In this document: positions 1 to 10,555 of the stretch, piece by piece
How the letters are laid out: every line of letters starts with the position of its first letter
How positions within the stretch are numbered: the first letter of the stretch is position 1
Source: an uncultured delta proteobacterium
GTDB lineage: Bacteria > Desulfobacterota > Binatia > UBA9968
DNA: 64,000 nt
NCBI GenBank assembly: GCA_963847445.1
Contig: CAWJZV010000015.1
Span: 224,001 to 288,000, forward strand
Direction: 5' to 3'
Position numbers and translations under genes: made by a program
Notes under the pieces: model-generated
Told to the model about the DNA's origin: nothing
The model's database searches: none
Seen by the model: the letters and a program-made list of their open reading frames with translations, nothing else

Positions 1-207
1 TTCGAAAAAGCCCACGCCCAGGGCGGCATGGAAGGTTTGATCAAAGCGATTCCCGACTCCTACGTCGAAGGCATGACCGCCAGCGGTACCCCGGATGAAG
101 TTAAGAAACGCGTGCAGCAATATCGCGATGCCGGGGTACAGGTGCCGCTCTTGCGGCCGGCGGCGGCGCATCAGACGCAGCCGTTGCTCGACTTATTCGC
201 TCAATGA
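1..207 (+). CDS. LLM-class flavin-dependent oxidoreductase, C-terminal fragment (5' truncated by window)
   Basis: Frame 1 reads FEKAHAQGGMEGLIKAIPDSYVEGMTASGTPDEVKKRVQQYRDAGVQVPLL...FAQ*; GTPDEV...Y.DAGV is typical of the luciferase-like monooxygenase C-terminus. Confidence 0.75.
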   Translation, partial: FEKAHAQGGMEGLIKAIPDSYVEGMTASGTPDEVKKRVQQYRDAGVQVPLLRPAAAHQTQPLLDLFAQ

Positions 208-209
208 GA

Positions 210-290
210 GTTCAAGGATCAAGGTTCAAAGGTTCAAGGTCGGATCGGAATTCGGACTACCGTTGAACCTTGAACTTTGAACCGTTGAAC
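210..290. repeat. Inverted heptamer tandem array (GTTCAAG)n-TTCGGA-(TTGAACY)n forming a long hairpin
   Basis: gttcaag gatcaag gttcaaag gttcaag ... ttcgga(251-256) ... gttgaac cttgaac tttgaac cgttgaac. Confidence 0.85.
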
Positions 291-299
291 GAATTTCTT

Positions 300-2380
300 A
301 TGTATCGCGTAGGCATCGATATCGGCGGGACGTTTACCGACATGTTGTTGGTCGGTGACGACGGCAGTGCCGTCATTGCCAAGACCCTGACCACGCCGGG
401 CGATCCCAGTCTCGCGGTGGAGAATGCCCTGCGGCCGGTGTTGGAGAATGGCTCGGTGGATGCGCGCCAGCGCGGTACCTTGATTCATGGCACGACGCTG
501 GTGACCAACGCGCTGATCGAGCGCAAGGGCGCTCTGACGGCGTTGCTGACCACGGCTGGGTTTCGCGACGCAGTGGAAATTGGCCGCGAGCACCGCTACG
601 AGCTGTACGATCTCAATCTCGATCTGCCCAAGCCTTTGGTGCCGCGCCATCTGCGCTTCGACGTGCCCGAGCGCATGGCCGCTGACGGCAGTATTTTGCA
701 AGAGTTGGACGAAGCGTTTGTGCGCAAGCTTGTCGGCGAGCTGCGCGATAAGGGCATCAAGGCGATCGGTGTTTGCTATCTCAATAGTTTTCGTAATCCA
801 GCCCACGAAAAGCGCACGGCGGAAATCATCGCCGAGGTCGCGCCGCAGATTCGCGTGTCGTTGAGCTGCGAGGTGGTCGCCGAGATTCGCGAGTTCCAGC
901 GCACCAGCACCACGCTGGCAAATGTTTACGTCCAAGAGCGCGTGTCGGATTATCTTGCCCAGCTGCAAGCGCGCTTGGATAAGATCGGTTTTCGCGGCAG
1001 CTTCTTCGTCATGCTGTCGAGCGGCGGCATCGCCACGCGCGAAACGGCGTCGCGCTTCCCCGTGCGCCTGCTCGAATCCGGTCCTGCCGCTGGCGCCATC
1101 GCCGCGGCGGAGGCGGGCATGGGCTCCGGCCATCGCGATCTGCTTTCCTTCGACATGGGCGGGACCACCGCCAAGCTTTGCGTCATCGAGGACGGCCAGC
1201 CGCTCAAGACCCACGAATTCGAAGTTGACCGCGTGTATCGATTTCGCAAGGGCAGCGGTTTGCCGGTGCGCATTCCGGTCATCGATATGATCGAGATCGG
1301 CGCCGGCGGCGGCAGCATCGCTCGGGTGGATTCGCTAGGCCTGCTCAAAGTCGGGCCGGATAGCTCTGGCGCCGATCCCGGCCCGGTATGTTACGGCCAG
1401 GGCGGCACGCAGCCGACGGTCACCGACGCCGATCTCGTGCTCGGCTATCTCGACGCCAATTATTTTCTCGGCGGCAAGATGCAGCTCGATCTGGAGCGGT
1501 ACCAAGAAAGCCTTGGAGCGCTTGGGCAAGCCATTAAAAATGACGGCCCAGCAGGTCGCCTGGGGCATTCATCAGATCGTCAACGAGAACATGGCCAATG
1601 CCGCGCGCGCCCACCTCGGCGAGCGTGGCAAGGACCCGCGGCGCATGCCGATGTACGCCTTCGGCGGCGCCGGGCCGGTGCATGGCTACCGGGTCGCGGA
1701 GATCTTACGCCTGCCGGCGTTGATTTCGCCGTTCGGCGCCGGCGTCGGTTCGACCTTCGGTTTGCTCAGCGCACCGCTGGCCTTCGATTTCGTCCGCAGC
1801 GCCTACAGCCGGATGGATCAGCTGGACTGGAATCTCGCTAATCGCCTGCTCGATGAAATGGCTCAAGAAGGGCGTAAGGTTTTGCAAAGTTCCGGGCTGA
1901 GCAGCCGCCGAGATTCGTTACCAGCGCACCGCCGACTTGCGTTACATCGGTCAAGGTCATGAAGTTTCGGTGGCGTTGCCCGACGGCGTGCTTGGCGTCG
2001 GCGATCTGCCGCGCATCGCCGCCGAGTTCGAGCGCACTTACGAATCGCTCTACGGCCGCAAAGGGCCGGATGTGCCTCTGGAAGTGATCAACTGGCGGGT
2101 GGTGGCGAGCGGGCCGCGGCCGGACATGAATCTAAAACTGCCGCGTAATTCAACTCATGGCGGCGACGCGCGCAAAGGTTCGCGATTGGCGTTCTTTCCC
2201 GAAACCAACGGTTATGTTGAAACCTCGATCTACGATCGCTACACGCTCGAGCCGGGCATGCGGTTCAACGGACCGGCCATCGTCGAAGAGCGCGAGTCGA
2301 CTTTGATCGTCGGCGCAGGAGGACAAGCGCGCGTGGACGAGCGGCTGAACGTAGTTGTGGAGTTAGGCGATGGGAAATAA
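300..2380 (+). CDS. Hydantoinase/oxoprolinase A subunit (frameshifts near 1497 and 1903-1921, probably assembly errors)
   Basis: GIDIGGTFTD, HGTTLVTNALIERKG, ESGPAAG, DMGGTT, IGAGGGSIA, PTVTDADLVLG, RYIGQGHE and GPAIVEE motifs across three consecutive ORFs. Confidence 0.92.
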
Positions 2381-4096
2381 AGTCATCGATCCGGTTACCC
2401 TTGAAGTGATTTGGAACCGCTTCCTGTCGGTGGCCAACGAGCAGCAGGACGCGCTGATCCGCACCGCCTTCAGCACCATCGTGCGCGAAAGCCAGGACCT
2501 GGCCTGCGGCATGTTCGACACCAAGGGGCGGATGATCTCGCAGTCGATCAGCGGCACGCCCGGCCATATCAACGCCATGGCGACGTCGATGAAGCATTTT
2601 CTCGCGGCGTTTCCGCCGGACACGCTGGCGCCGGGCGACGTGTTGATCACCAACGATCCTTGGCAGACCGCCGGGCAGATCAACGACATCACGATTACCA
2701 CGCCGATTTTCAAGAACGGCAAGCTGGTCGCGCTGTTCGCCAACACCTGCCATAGCGCCGATATCGGCGGGCGGATTCTTTCCGCCGAGGCGCGCGAGGT
2801 CTTCGAAGAGGGGTTGCGCATCCCGATCATGAAGCTGTTCGACCGCGGCGAGCCCAACAAGATTCTCATGCAGATCGTCCGCACCAACGTGCGCCAGCCC
2901 GACGAAGTGATCGGCGATTTTTACGCCCAGACTTCCTGCAACGAAACCGGCGGCCGGGCGCTGCGCGAAATGATGGACGAGTTCGATCTCGACTCCATCG
3001 ATGAGGTTGCCGAGGAAATCATCCGCCGCTCCGAGGCGGCGGTGCGCGCCGAGATCGCCAAGCTGCCGGCCGGCGAATGGTCGAGCGAGACGTGGAGCGA
3101 CGGTTTCGAAGAACCGATCCTGATCCGCTGCACGGTGCGCGTCGCCGGCGAAGATATCTTCATCGACTTCACCGGCTCGTCGCCGCAGAGCAGCCGCGGT
3201 ATCAATGTCGTGCTTGAACTATACTCATGCCTACGCGAGCTTCGCGATCAAGGCGGCGATCTGTCCCGACGTGCCGCATAACGAAGGCAGTTTTCGCCCG
3301 GTGCATGTGAGCGCGCCGGAGGGCAGCATCTTGAACGCCCTCGATCCCGCGCCGGTGGCGAGCCGCCAGGTGATCGGCCACTTCATTCCCAGCGCGATCT
3401 TCGCGGCCATGTCCGGCGCGCTGCCCGGACGCTTGATGGCGCCGGGGGCCGATCCGATTTGGCTGAGCGTCTGGCGCGGCCAGAATCCGTCATTCACTCT
3501 GACCGTCTTTCAAGTCGGCGGCACCGGCGCGCGGCCGTCGAAGGATGGACTCAACGCCGTCGGCTTTCCCAGCGGCGTCGCCGGCGTGCCGGCGGAGGTC
3601 ATTGAAAGCTTGTCACCAGTGGTATTGAAGCGGCGCGAGCTGCGCGCCGACTCCGGCGGTCCGGGCACCTGGCGCGGCGGTTTGGGCCAGCTGACCGAGT
3701 TCGCCCGGCGCGGCGACGGCAAGTGGAGCGTCAGTTCCATCGCCGATCGCACCCAGTATCCCGCGCTCGGATTGTTCGGCGGCCAGGCCGGCGCAGCCGG
3801 GCGAAGTGACCACCGGCGACGGCGAGAAACTTCACGCCAAAGCGCTCAAGGATTTAACCAAGGGCGAAGTCATTCATGTCAATTTGCCGGGCGGCGGCGG
3901 CTACGGCGACCCGTTCAAGCGCGCGCCGGAAAAAGTTCTCTGGGATGTCATCGAAGGTTATGTGACGGCGGCAGCTGCTGAGAAGCAGTACGGCGTTGCG
4001 GTTACTTATCGTGGCCTGGCTGACGCGTTGGTCAAGTTACCGGAAGAGTGGCAGGTCGATGTGGCGCGGACGGCGGCGCTGCGGCGAGGACACTAA
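2370..4096 (+). CDS. Hydantoinase B/oxoprolinase subunit (frameshifts near 3214 and 3800)
   Basis: DPVTLEVIWNR, RTAFSTIVRESQD, PGDVLITNDPW, HSADIGG, DSGGPGTWRGGLG, PGGGGYGDP motifs; overlaps the A-subunit stop. Confidence 0.92.
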
Positions 4097-4099
4097 AGG

Positions 4100-4168
4100 A
4101 ATTACAGATTCCAAATTCCATATTACGATTCGGAGAAATCTGGAATATGGAATTTGTAATTTGCAATT
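4100..4168. repeat. Inverted heptamer tandem array (ATTMCAN)n-TTCGGA-(ATNTGKA)n
   Basis: attacag attccaa attccat attacga ttcgga gaa atctgga atatgga atttgta atttgca. Confidence 0.8.
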
Positions 4169-4185
4169 GAGAGCGAAGCGAACCT

Positions 4186-4954
4186 ATGGAGCTGAAAGGT
4201 AGAGTAGCCTTGGTGACCGGCGGTGCCGGAGGAATCGGCGGCGCGGTGGTGCGCGCGCTGGCGAAGGCTGGTGTCGCGGGCGTCGTGGTGAACTACCGGA
4301 AATCGAGTAAGGAAGCCGAAGCATTGGCGGCGGAGATCGAGCAGGGCGGCGTCAAAGCGCTGGCCGTGCAAGCCGATGTGCAGAGCGATCGCGCAGGTGC
4401 GGGCGATGATGCAGACGATTCAAGATCGCTTCGGCCGGCTCGATATTGTCGTCAACAACGCCGGCGTGACCCATTGGGTCAAGCTGCCGGATCTCGAAGG
4501 GCTCACCGATCCGATCTGGGATGAGATTCTCGACGTCAACGTCAAAGGCGCGTTTCGCTGCGCCCGCGCCGCGCAGAAGCTGCTTGAAGCCAATCACGGC
4601 ATGATCGTCAACGTGTCGTCGATCTCCGGCGTGCTCGCGCCGTCGACGATGTCGTCGCTGGCCTACGGCACGGCCAAGGCGGCGTTGATTTACATGACCA
4701 AGGGCTTAGCCGTGGCGATGGCGCCCAAGGTGCGCGTCAACTGCGTCGCGCCGGCATTCACCGATACGCCGTGGATGAGCCAGCACTTCGGCGCCGATTA
4801 CCAGCAGGTGATTGCCAAAGCGTCGGCGGGTTATCCGCTGCAACGCATCGCGACGCCGGAGGATATCGCCGGGGCGATTCTCGGATTGATCACCGGCGGA
4901 GACTTTGTCACCGGGCAGACTCTGTTGGTCGATGGCGGTTTGAGTCTGAGTTGA
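4186..4954 (+). CDS. SDR family NAD(P)-dependent oxidoreductase (frameshift near 4390)
   Basis: TGGAGGIG, VNNAG, YGTAK (YxxxK), VTGQTLLVDGG. Confidence 0.92.
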
Positions 4955-4975
4955 AGATATCGCGCCTGTCGAATG

Positions 4976-5038
4976 GTCATCTCGAACGAAGTGAGAGATC
5001 TTGTCAGGGAGATTTGCTCGGCGTCGCCTCGAAATGAC
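4976..5038. repeat. REP-like palindrome of the GTCATC.CGAACGAA...GATCT type
   Basis: gtcatctcgaacgaagtgagagatct ... agatttgctcggcgtcgcctcgaaatgac; related copy at 11681. Confidence 0.7.
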
Positions 5039-5068
5039 AACGTGATCAGGCACGACGAAACATGAGCT

Positions 5069-5737
5069 ATGGACAGAATCAAACTAGTTGCAGAATTACA
5101 CGCCAGCCGCTTAGTCGCCGTCGTGCGCTCGACAAGCCCGGAGGATGCCCTCGCGCTCGCCAATGCCGCCGCCGATGGCGGTATCAAGTTCGTCGAGATC
5201 ACTTTCAGCGTGCCGGGCGCGCTGGATGTGATCAAAGAACTAACCCGGCGCGGCGGCATTCATGTCGGTGCTGGAACCGTCTTGGCGCCGCAGCAGGCGG
5301 AGCGGGCGATGGGTGTCGGCGCTGAGTTCATCGTCTCGCCGTCGTTGGAGCTGAACCTGGTCGGCCTTTGCCATACGGCGAACATCGCTTGCTTTCCCGG
5401 CGCGGCGACGCCGACGGAGATTATCGCGGCGCAGCGGGCGCATGCCGACTTGGTGAAAATTTTCCCGGCGGATTTGGCCGGCGGGCCGTATTTCATTCGC
5501 CAGATGCAGGGGCCGTTTCCTGACGTGCGCTTCATGGTGTCGGGCGGCGTGAGTCTAAAGAACGTTCAAGAATATGTTCAAGCCGGCGTCACCGGCATTT
5601 GTCTCGGCAGCGCCTATCTCGGCGGCTTGCTGGCGGCGAAGGGTAAGAAGCTATTCGTCAAAGAGATGCAGCAATTCGTCAAGTTGGTCGCCCAGGCGCA
5701 GAGCAAGAAAATCACAGCAAGAAAGCGCGGCAAATGA
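5069..5737 (+). CDS. KDPG/KHG aldolase family protein (Eda-like)
   Basis: VEITF, VGAGTVL, FIVSP, PGAATPTE, VKIFPA, SGGV. Confidence 0.9.
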   Translation: MDRIKLVAELHASRLVAVVRSTSPEDALALANAAADGGIKFVEITFSVPGALDVIKELTRRGGIHVGAGTVLAPQQAERAMGVGAEFIVSPSLELNLVGLCHTANIACFPGAATPTEIIAAQRAHADLVKIFPADLAGGPYFIRQMQGPFPDVRFMVSGGVSLKNVQEYVQAGVTGICLGSAYLGGLLAAKGKKLFVKEMQQFVKLVAQAQSKKITARKRGK

Positions 5738-6724
5738 AGAATCTCCATCTCACGCTGGCATGCGAAGACTACGACCGCATGCGCCCGCTCAAAGACGGCA
5801 TCGTCAAGCCCGAAGGCATCGAGCTCAACTATATGGTCATGCCGGTGGAGGAAATCTTCTGGCGCATGATGAAGTACGAGGAGTTCGACGTTTCCGAACT
5901 GTCCATGGGCGCGTTTTTGACCGCGGCGTCGCGCGGCCGCCGGCCGTTCGTGGCGATCCCGGTGTTTCCGTCGCGGACTTTTCGCCATCGCTGTATATTC
6001 GTCAACACCGATTCGGGTATCAAATCGATTCAAGACCTGCGCGGCCGGCGCATGGGCGTGCCGGAGTATTCCATGACCGCGGCGGTGTGGCTGCGCGGCA
6101 TGTTCGAGCATGAGTACGGCGTGCCGCCATCGGCGATTCACTGGGTGCAGGCGGGCGAGGAGCACCCGGGTCGCAAAGACCGTGTCGACTTCGAAATGCC
6201 GGCGGGAGTGACGATGGAAAGCCGCCCGGACACGACGCTCAACGTCATGATCGAAAACGGCGAGGTCGACGCCATGATGTCGCCGCGCATGCCGACCTGT
6301 TTTCTCCAGGGATCGCCGAAAGTGCAGCGCATGTTTCCCAACTACCGGCAAGTCGAGATGGACTATTTCAAAACCACCGGCCTGTTCCCGATCATGCATG
6401 TGCTGGTGATCAAACGGTCGATCTACGAGAAAGAACCGTGGGTGGCACAGACGCTGTACAAAGCGTTTTGCGCAGTCGAAAGATATCTGCATGCGCGATC
6501 TCTACGACACCAATATTCTGCGCGTCGCGCTGCCGTGGACTTCCGCGGAGTTCGAAGATACAACCGCACTGATGACTACGGACTATTGGCCCTATGGGCT
6601 GGAGCCCAACAGAAAGAATCTTGAAACTTTAAACGGTTATCTTTTGGAGCAAGGCTTGACCAAGCAAAAGCTCGTATTGGACGAGCTGTTCGCCCGCGAG
6701 ACGGTGGAAGCGTTCAAGATTTAG
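5734..6724 (+). CDS. 4,5-dihydroxyphthalate decarboxylase-like / ABC substrate-binding-fold protein (frameshift near 6475)
   Basis: YDRMRPL.DG.V.PEGI, FDVSELS, PVFPSRTFRH, GVPEYSMTA.VW.RG, FPIMH, WPYGLEPNR. Confidence 0.85.
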
Positions 6725-6795
6725 CGAGGCTCCGCTTCGTTGGCGTTCAATTACTGGCGATTACAGATCACCGATATTATGATCCGAGGTGCAAC

Positions 6796-7984
6796 ATGAG
6801 TGAAGTTCTACCTACAGCGGAAAGTGATAGCGGCACTGCGCCGCGCGGCTCGGCGAATATTCGTCATCTCTGCCGGATGGAGCTTGAGGGTGGCGGGCAG
6901 ATTGTCCTTGACGGGAAATATGCCTATGTCGGCCATCAACACCGGGTCCAGGGAACGACGATTCTCGATATCGGCGATCCGCGCAAGCCGAAGATCGTCA
7001 GCACGCTGATGCCCAACCACCCGTGGTCGCACTCGCATAAGGTGCGGGTGGTCGGCGACCTGATGGTGGTCAATTCCGAGTTCGAGCGCGGCCCCGGTCA
7101 GCGCGGCGACTATCCCGATGGCGGCTTTCGCATCTACGACATCAAAGATCGGACGACTCCGAAGCTCATCACCTTTGTCAAAACCCACGGCAAGGGGGTG
7201 CATCGTTTCGATTGCGATGAGAACTACGCTTATATCTCGACTGAAATGGAGGGTTTCGTCGGCAATATTTTAGTCATCTACGATATTCGCAATCCGTCGA
7301 AACCGGTGGAGGTCTCGCGCTGGTGGATGAAGGGACAGACATGTTGCCGGTGGCGACGCGCCGCACCCGAAGCACGCCGAGCATCGCCTGCATCATGCGA
7401 TGCGCTGCGGCACCGAGATGTACGCCGGCTGTTGGATGTCCGGCATCGCGATTATCGATGTGAGCGACATCCGCGCCCCGCGCACGCTGTCGCGCTTTGA
7501 GTATGATCCGCCTTGCCCGGAGCCGACCCACACCTTTCTCAAAGTGCCGCATTCGATCGGCGGCAAGCGCATCGCGGTATCGACGGAGGAGGAACGCACG
7601 CATCGGGGCGCCGATACCGGCAAGCCGCACGCGCCGCTGCGCACCTGGGATGTCAGCGATCCGACCCAGCCTGAACTGCTCCACACGTATTACTTGCCGG
7701 AGTCGGCAACGCCTTATCCGGCTGACAAAGTGCGCTTCGGCACGCATCAATTACGTGAGCGGGTGGATGCGGACAATCTAATTTATGTCACCTGGTTTGC
7801 CGGTGGCCTGCGGATCTTCGACATCGGCGATCCAGCGAACCCCAAGGAGCGCGGCTATTTCATTCCAAAACCGGGGGATGGTGTGGCCGCGCCGCTGACC
7901 AACGACGTCGTCAAAGACTATCGTGGTCTGTTGTGGGTGACCGACAAGGAGCGCGGGCTGGACGTGATCGAATTCAGTGGGTAG
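6796..7984 (+). CDS. LVIVD-repeat beta-propeller protein (frameshift near 7340)
   Basis: Repeated ILDIGDPRKP / IYDIKD / IYDIRNPSKP / IIDVSD / IFDIGDPANP units; His-rich (HSHK, GVHR, PTHT, GTHQ). Confidence 0.8.
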
Positions 7985-8009
7985 GGGGCGATTCATGAAT
8001 CGCCCCTAC
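7981..8009. repeat. GTAG-type REP palindrome; likely bidirectional terminator between convergent genes
   Basis: gtagggggcgattcatgaatcgcccctac, overlapping the TAG stop of the LVIVD gene. Confidence 0.8.
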
Positions 8010-8019
8010 AACAACGCCT

Positions 8020-8805
8020 TCACCGATAATCGCGCATCTGCCACGGCGTGAAGACGATCACCTGGGTTGGCGGCGGCAGGGCCGTCTTGCTGAAGGTCGA
8101 TTTGTAGCTATTCAAGTATTTGTTCGGGTAGCCCTTCACGAACATGTCCAACAGTGATGTATTTTCGCGGTAGTGCATGGGGATGGCGATCTTGGGCTTG
8201 AGTTGCTGCAAGACTTCTCTAGCGGTGTCCGGCGGCATGGTGAACATGCCACCGATGGGGATCATGGCGATGTCGACTTTGCCGAAGGCTTTGATCTGCT
8301 CCTCGGTGAGTTTGTGCGCCAGATCACCCAAGTGGGCGACACAGATGGTGCCCAAGTCGAAGACGAAGGCGGCGCCTTTGAGGGCGTTGCCGTATTGCTG
8401 TTGGTAGATCGGCACGGTGTAGACCAAGATGTCCTTGACCGTGGTGCTGACCTTGTTCCACTCGGCGCCGTAGTTGCCCAGGCCGCGCAAGACCACCGGG
8501 CCATTCTTGGCGATCTCGACGAAGTTGTGGTTCGGATGTTCGCGGCCTACGGTGATCGCATGGGGCGAGACGTTGGGCGTCGGGTAAAAACCCGGTGACA
8601 CCGGGTCGGTGATGATCTTGGTGCCTTTGGCCGACGTGATCTGGAAAAAGTTATGGCCGAAAAACTCGAGGGTCACATCGGGCTCGGCGGCGTAGGCGGG
8701 TTTCAACCAGCTGCGGGCGACATCGAGCTCGCGGCAGGCGGCATGTAGTTGGCGCGTCAGTAAAAGCGACAGAAACAGCAGCGAGAGGACTAAGGTTTTT
8801 CTCAT
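8020..8805 (-). CDS. Exported MBL-fold metallo-hydrolase (UlaG/beta-lactamase superfamily)
   Basis: Signal-peptide-like N-terminus; FFGHNFF.I, IITDP, REHPNHN, AHLGDL, PIGG.FTM, AIPMHY. Confidence 0.82.
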   Translation of the reverse strand: MRKTLVLSLLFLSLLLTRQLHAACRELDVARSWLKPAYAAEPDVTLEFFGHNFFQITSAKGTKIITDPVSPGFYPTPNVSPHAITVGREHPNHNFVEIAKNGPVVLRGLGNYGAEWNKVSTTVKDILVYTVPIYQQQYGNALKGAAFVFDLGTICVAHLGDLAHKLTEEQIKAFGKVDIAMIPIGGMFTMPPDTAREVLQQLKPKIAIPMHYRENTSLLDMFVKGYPNKYLNSYKSTFSKTALPPPTQVIVFTPWQMRDYR

Positions 8806-8814
8806 CGTCCACCT

Positions 8815-9573
8815 CTAGGTCGCCGTGAAGCGATGGCCAAACTGTTCGGCTTTGAAAAAGTCGGCGACATAATCGGTCGCCGGATGGCGCATGAGATTTT
8901 CCACCGTGTCGGCCTGCTCGAAGCGGCCGGCGTGCATGACCGCGATGCGGTCCGCGAGCGCGATGCCGTCGGCCAAGTTATGTGTGACATAGAGAGTCGT
9001 CAGGCGATTTTCTTTGTGAAATGACAGGATCTCCTGGCGCATCTTCAAGCGATTGGGCGGATCGATGTTGCTCAGCGGCTCGTCCATTAACATGATTTGC
9101 GGCGCGGTGACCATGGCGCGGCCGAGCGCGACGCGCTGTTGCTGGCCGCCGGAAAGTTCCGTGGGCTTGCGTTTAAAGAAGCTTTCCTCGATGCCGATTT
9201 TCCAAGCCAGGGGGCGAAGATACTCGGCGATCTTATCGCTCGACCATTTGCGCACCTTCAACGGCAGCGATAGATTCGAGTATTTACTTTCGTCAAATAC
9301 CTTCATGTGCGGCCAGAGGGCGTAGTTCTGAAAAATCATCTGCACGTTGCGCTGGCCCACCGGCACGTCGTTGACCGGAACGCCGCCGATGAAAATCGTG
9401 CCGCTGTCGGGCTTCTCCAAACCGGCGATGAGCCGCAGCGTGGTGGTCTTGCCACAGCCGCTCTCGCCGACGATGACCATGAACTCGCCGGCGTTGACAT
9501 CGAGGTTGGCCTGGTCCACTGCGCCGATGGCGCCGAACTTCTTGGTCAGTCTTCTAAGCGACAGCGAGATCAC
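8815..9573 (-). CDS. ABC transporter ATP-binding protein (MalK/PotA-like, short)
   Basis: GESGCGKTT Walker A, LSGGQQQR signature, LMDEP Walker B, YVTH. Confidence 0.92.
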   Translation of the reverse strand: MISLSLRRLTKKFGAIGAVDQANLDVNAGEFMVIVGESGCGKTTTLRLIAGLEKPDSGTIFIGGVPVNDVPVGQRNVQMIFQNYALWPHMKVFDESKYSNLSLPLKVRKWSSDKIAEYLRPLAWKIGIEESFFKRKPTELSGGQQQRVALGRAMVTAPQIMLMDEPLSNIDPPNRLKMRQEILSFHKENRLTTLYVTHNLADGIALADRIAVMHAGRFEQADTVENLMRHPATDYVADFFKAEQFGHRFTAT

Positions 9574-9626
9574 AGGATCATGCTAATACAAGGCTGGGGG
9601 GGAAAACAATATGAAGATTGGAGATA

Positions 9627-9664
9627 GATTCCAATCGTTCCAGAGGTTCCAGTTGTTCCCAATG
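9627..9664. repeat. Nonamer tandem array (NGTTCCANN)n
   Basis: gattccaat cgttccaga ggttccagt tgttcccaa. Confidence 0.6.
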
Positions 9665-9750
9665 CTCTAGGGTCACTGAGGCAGGGCTAGTCAACTTGGG
9701 TGTTGTTGGATATATTGGCGCCACTTGAATTCGGAACTGGTGGAGGACTT

Positions 9751-10503
9751 ATGGCTGGCTTACTTGGACCAGAAGATTTAATTGCGGATTTGCAACAGAC
9801 GTTGCAGCAGCGTCATCCGCGGCCCCATCCGATCCGCCAGTTGCTCCTGAGCGGCAGGCTCACCAAGGAGCAAATGCAGTGGTGGGCGCGCAATCAGTTT
9901 CACGAGTTTCGTAATATCCATCGATTTTTCGGCATCCGCTATCACAAATGTCCCATTCCCGAGCTGCGCCGGATGCTTCTGGAAAACATGGTGGAGGAAG
10001 AGGGCGAGGATCTCTTTGGCGGCAAGTATCCGAGCCATCGCGAGCTCTGGGTGCAGTTCGCCAACGGCCTGGGCATTGCCAGCGACGATATTAACAACTA
10101 CGAGCCGTTGCCCGGCATACGCGCCGCGCTGGAAATGTATGTGTCGCTGGTGCAGCAGAGCCATTGGGCGGTGGCCATCGGTACCGGGCTAGTCTTCGAA
10201 GGCGGCGGGCCGAAGCGGATGAAAGAGGAGCGCGAAGCGATCGAGAAATATTACCGATGGATTTCCGTCGATTGCCTGGATTTTTTCCGTGCCCATGAGT
10301 ACCACGACGAAGGCCATGGCGATATGGTGACCGATGTCATCAAGCGGCACTGTATGGAAGAAAAGCTGCAACACGAAATGCGCGAAGCGGTACGCCAGCG
10401 CGCCGATATCATGTGGCTGCAGAATGACTGCATTTATAATGCTTTTGTCCGGCCGCAGTTGTCGGGCGACGTGATTGGTGAGATCGAAGGACGGTTGGAA
10501 TAA
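9751..10503 (+). CDS. PqqC/TenA/CADD-like heme-oxygenase-fold (probably diiron) enzyme
   Basis: RBS GGAGG before ATG 9751; [14 protein letters not shown]...[25 protein letters not shown]. Confidence 0.8.
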   Translation: MAGLLGPEDLIADLQQTLQQRHPRPHPIRQLLLSGRLTKEQMQWWARNQFHEFRNIHRFFGIRYHKCPIPELRRMLLENMVEEEGEDLFGGKYPSHRELWVQFANGLGIASDDINNYEPLPGIRAALEMYVSLVQQSHWAVAIGTGLVFEGGGPKRMKEEREAIEKYYRWISVDCLDFFRAHEYHDEGHGDMVTDVIKRHCMEEKLQHEMREAVRQRADIMWLQNDCIYNAFVRPQLSGDVIGEIEGRLE

Positions 10504-10505
10504 CC

Positions 10506-10551
10506 GTTCAACGGTTCAAAAGTTCAAAGTTCAACGTTCGGAATGCTCGGA
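10506..10551. repeat. Heptamer tandem array (GTTCAAN)n followed by TTCGGA
   Basis: gttcaacg gttcaaaa gttcaaa gttcaac g ttcgga atgc tcgga. Confidence 0.8.
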
Positions 10552-10555
10552 CACC

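Noticed and set aside
210-290. Heptamer arrays as CRISPR repeats
   Set aside because: Units are 7-9 nt with no unique spacers, and there are no cas genes.
9751-10503. PQQ biosynthesis cluster
   Set aside because: No pqqA/B/D/E neighbours; only the fold family is supported.
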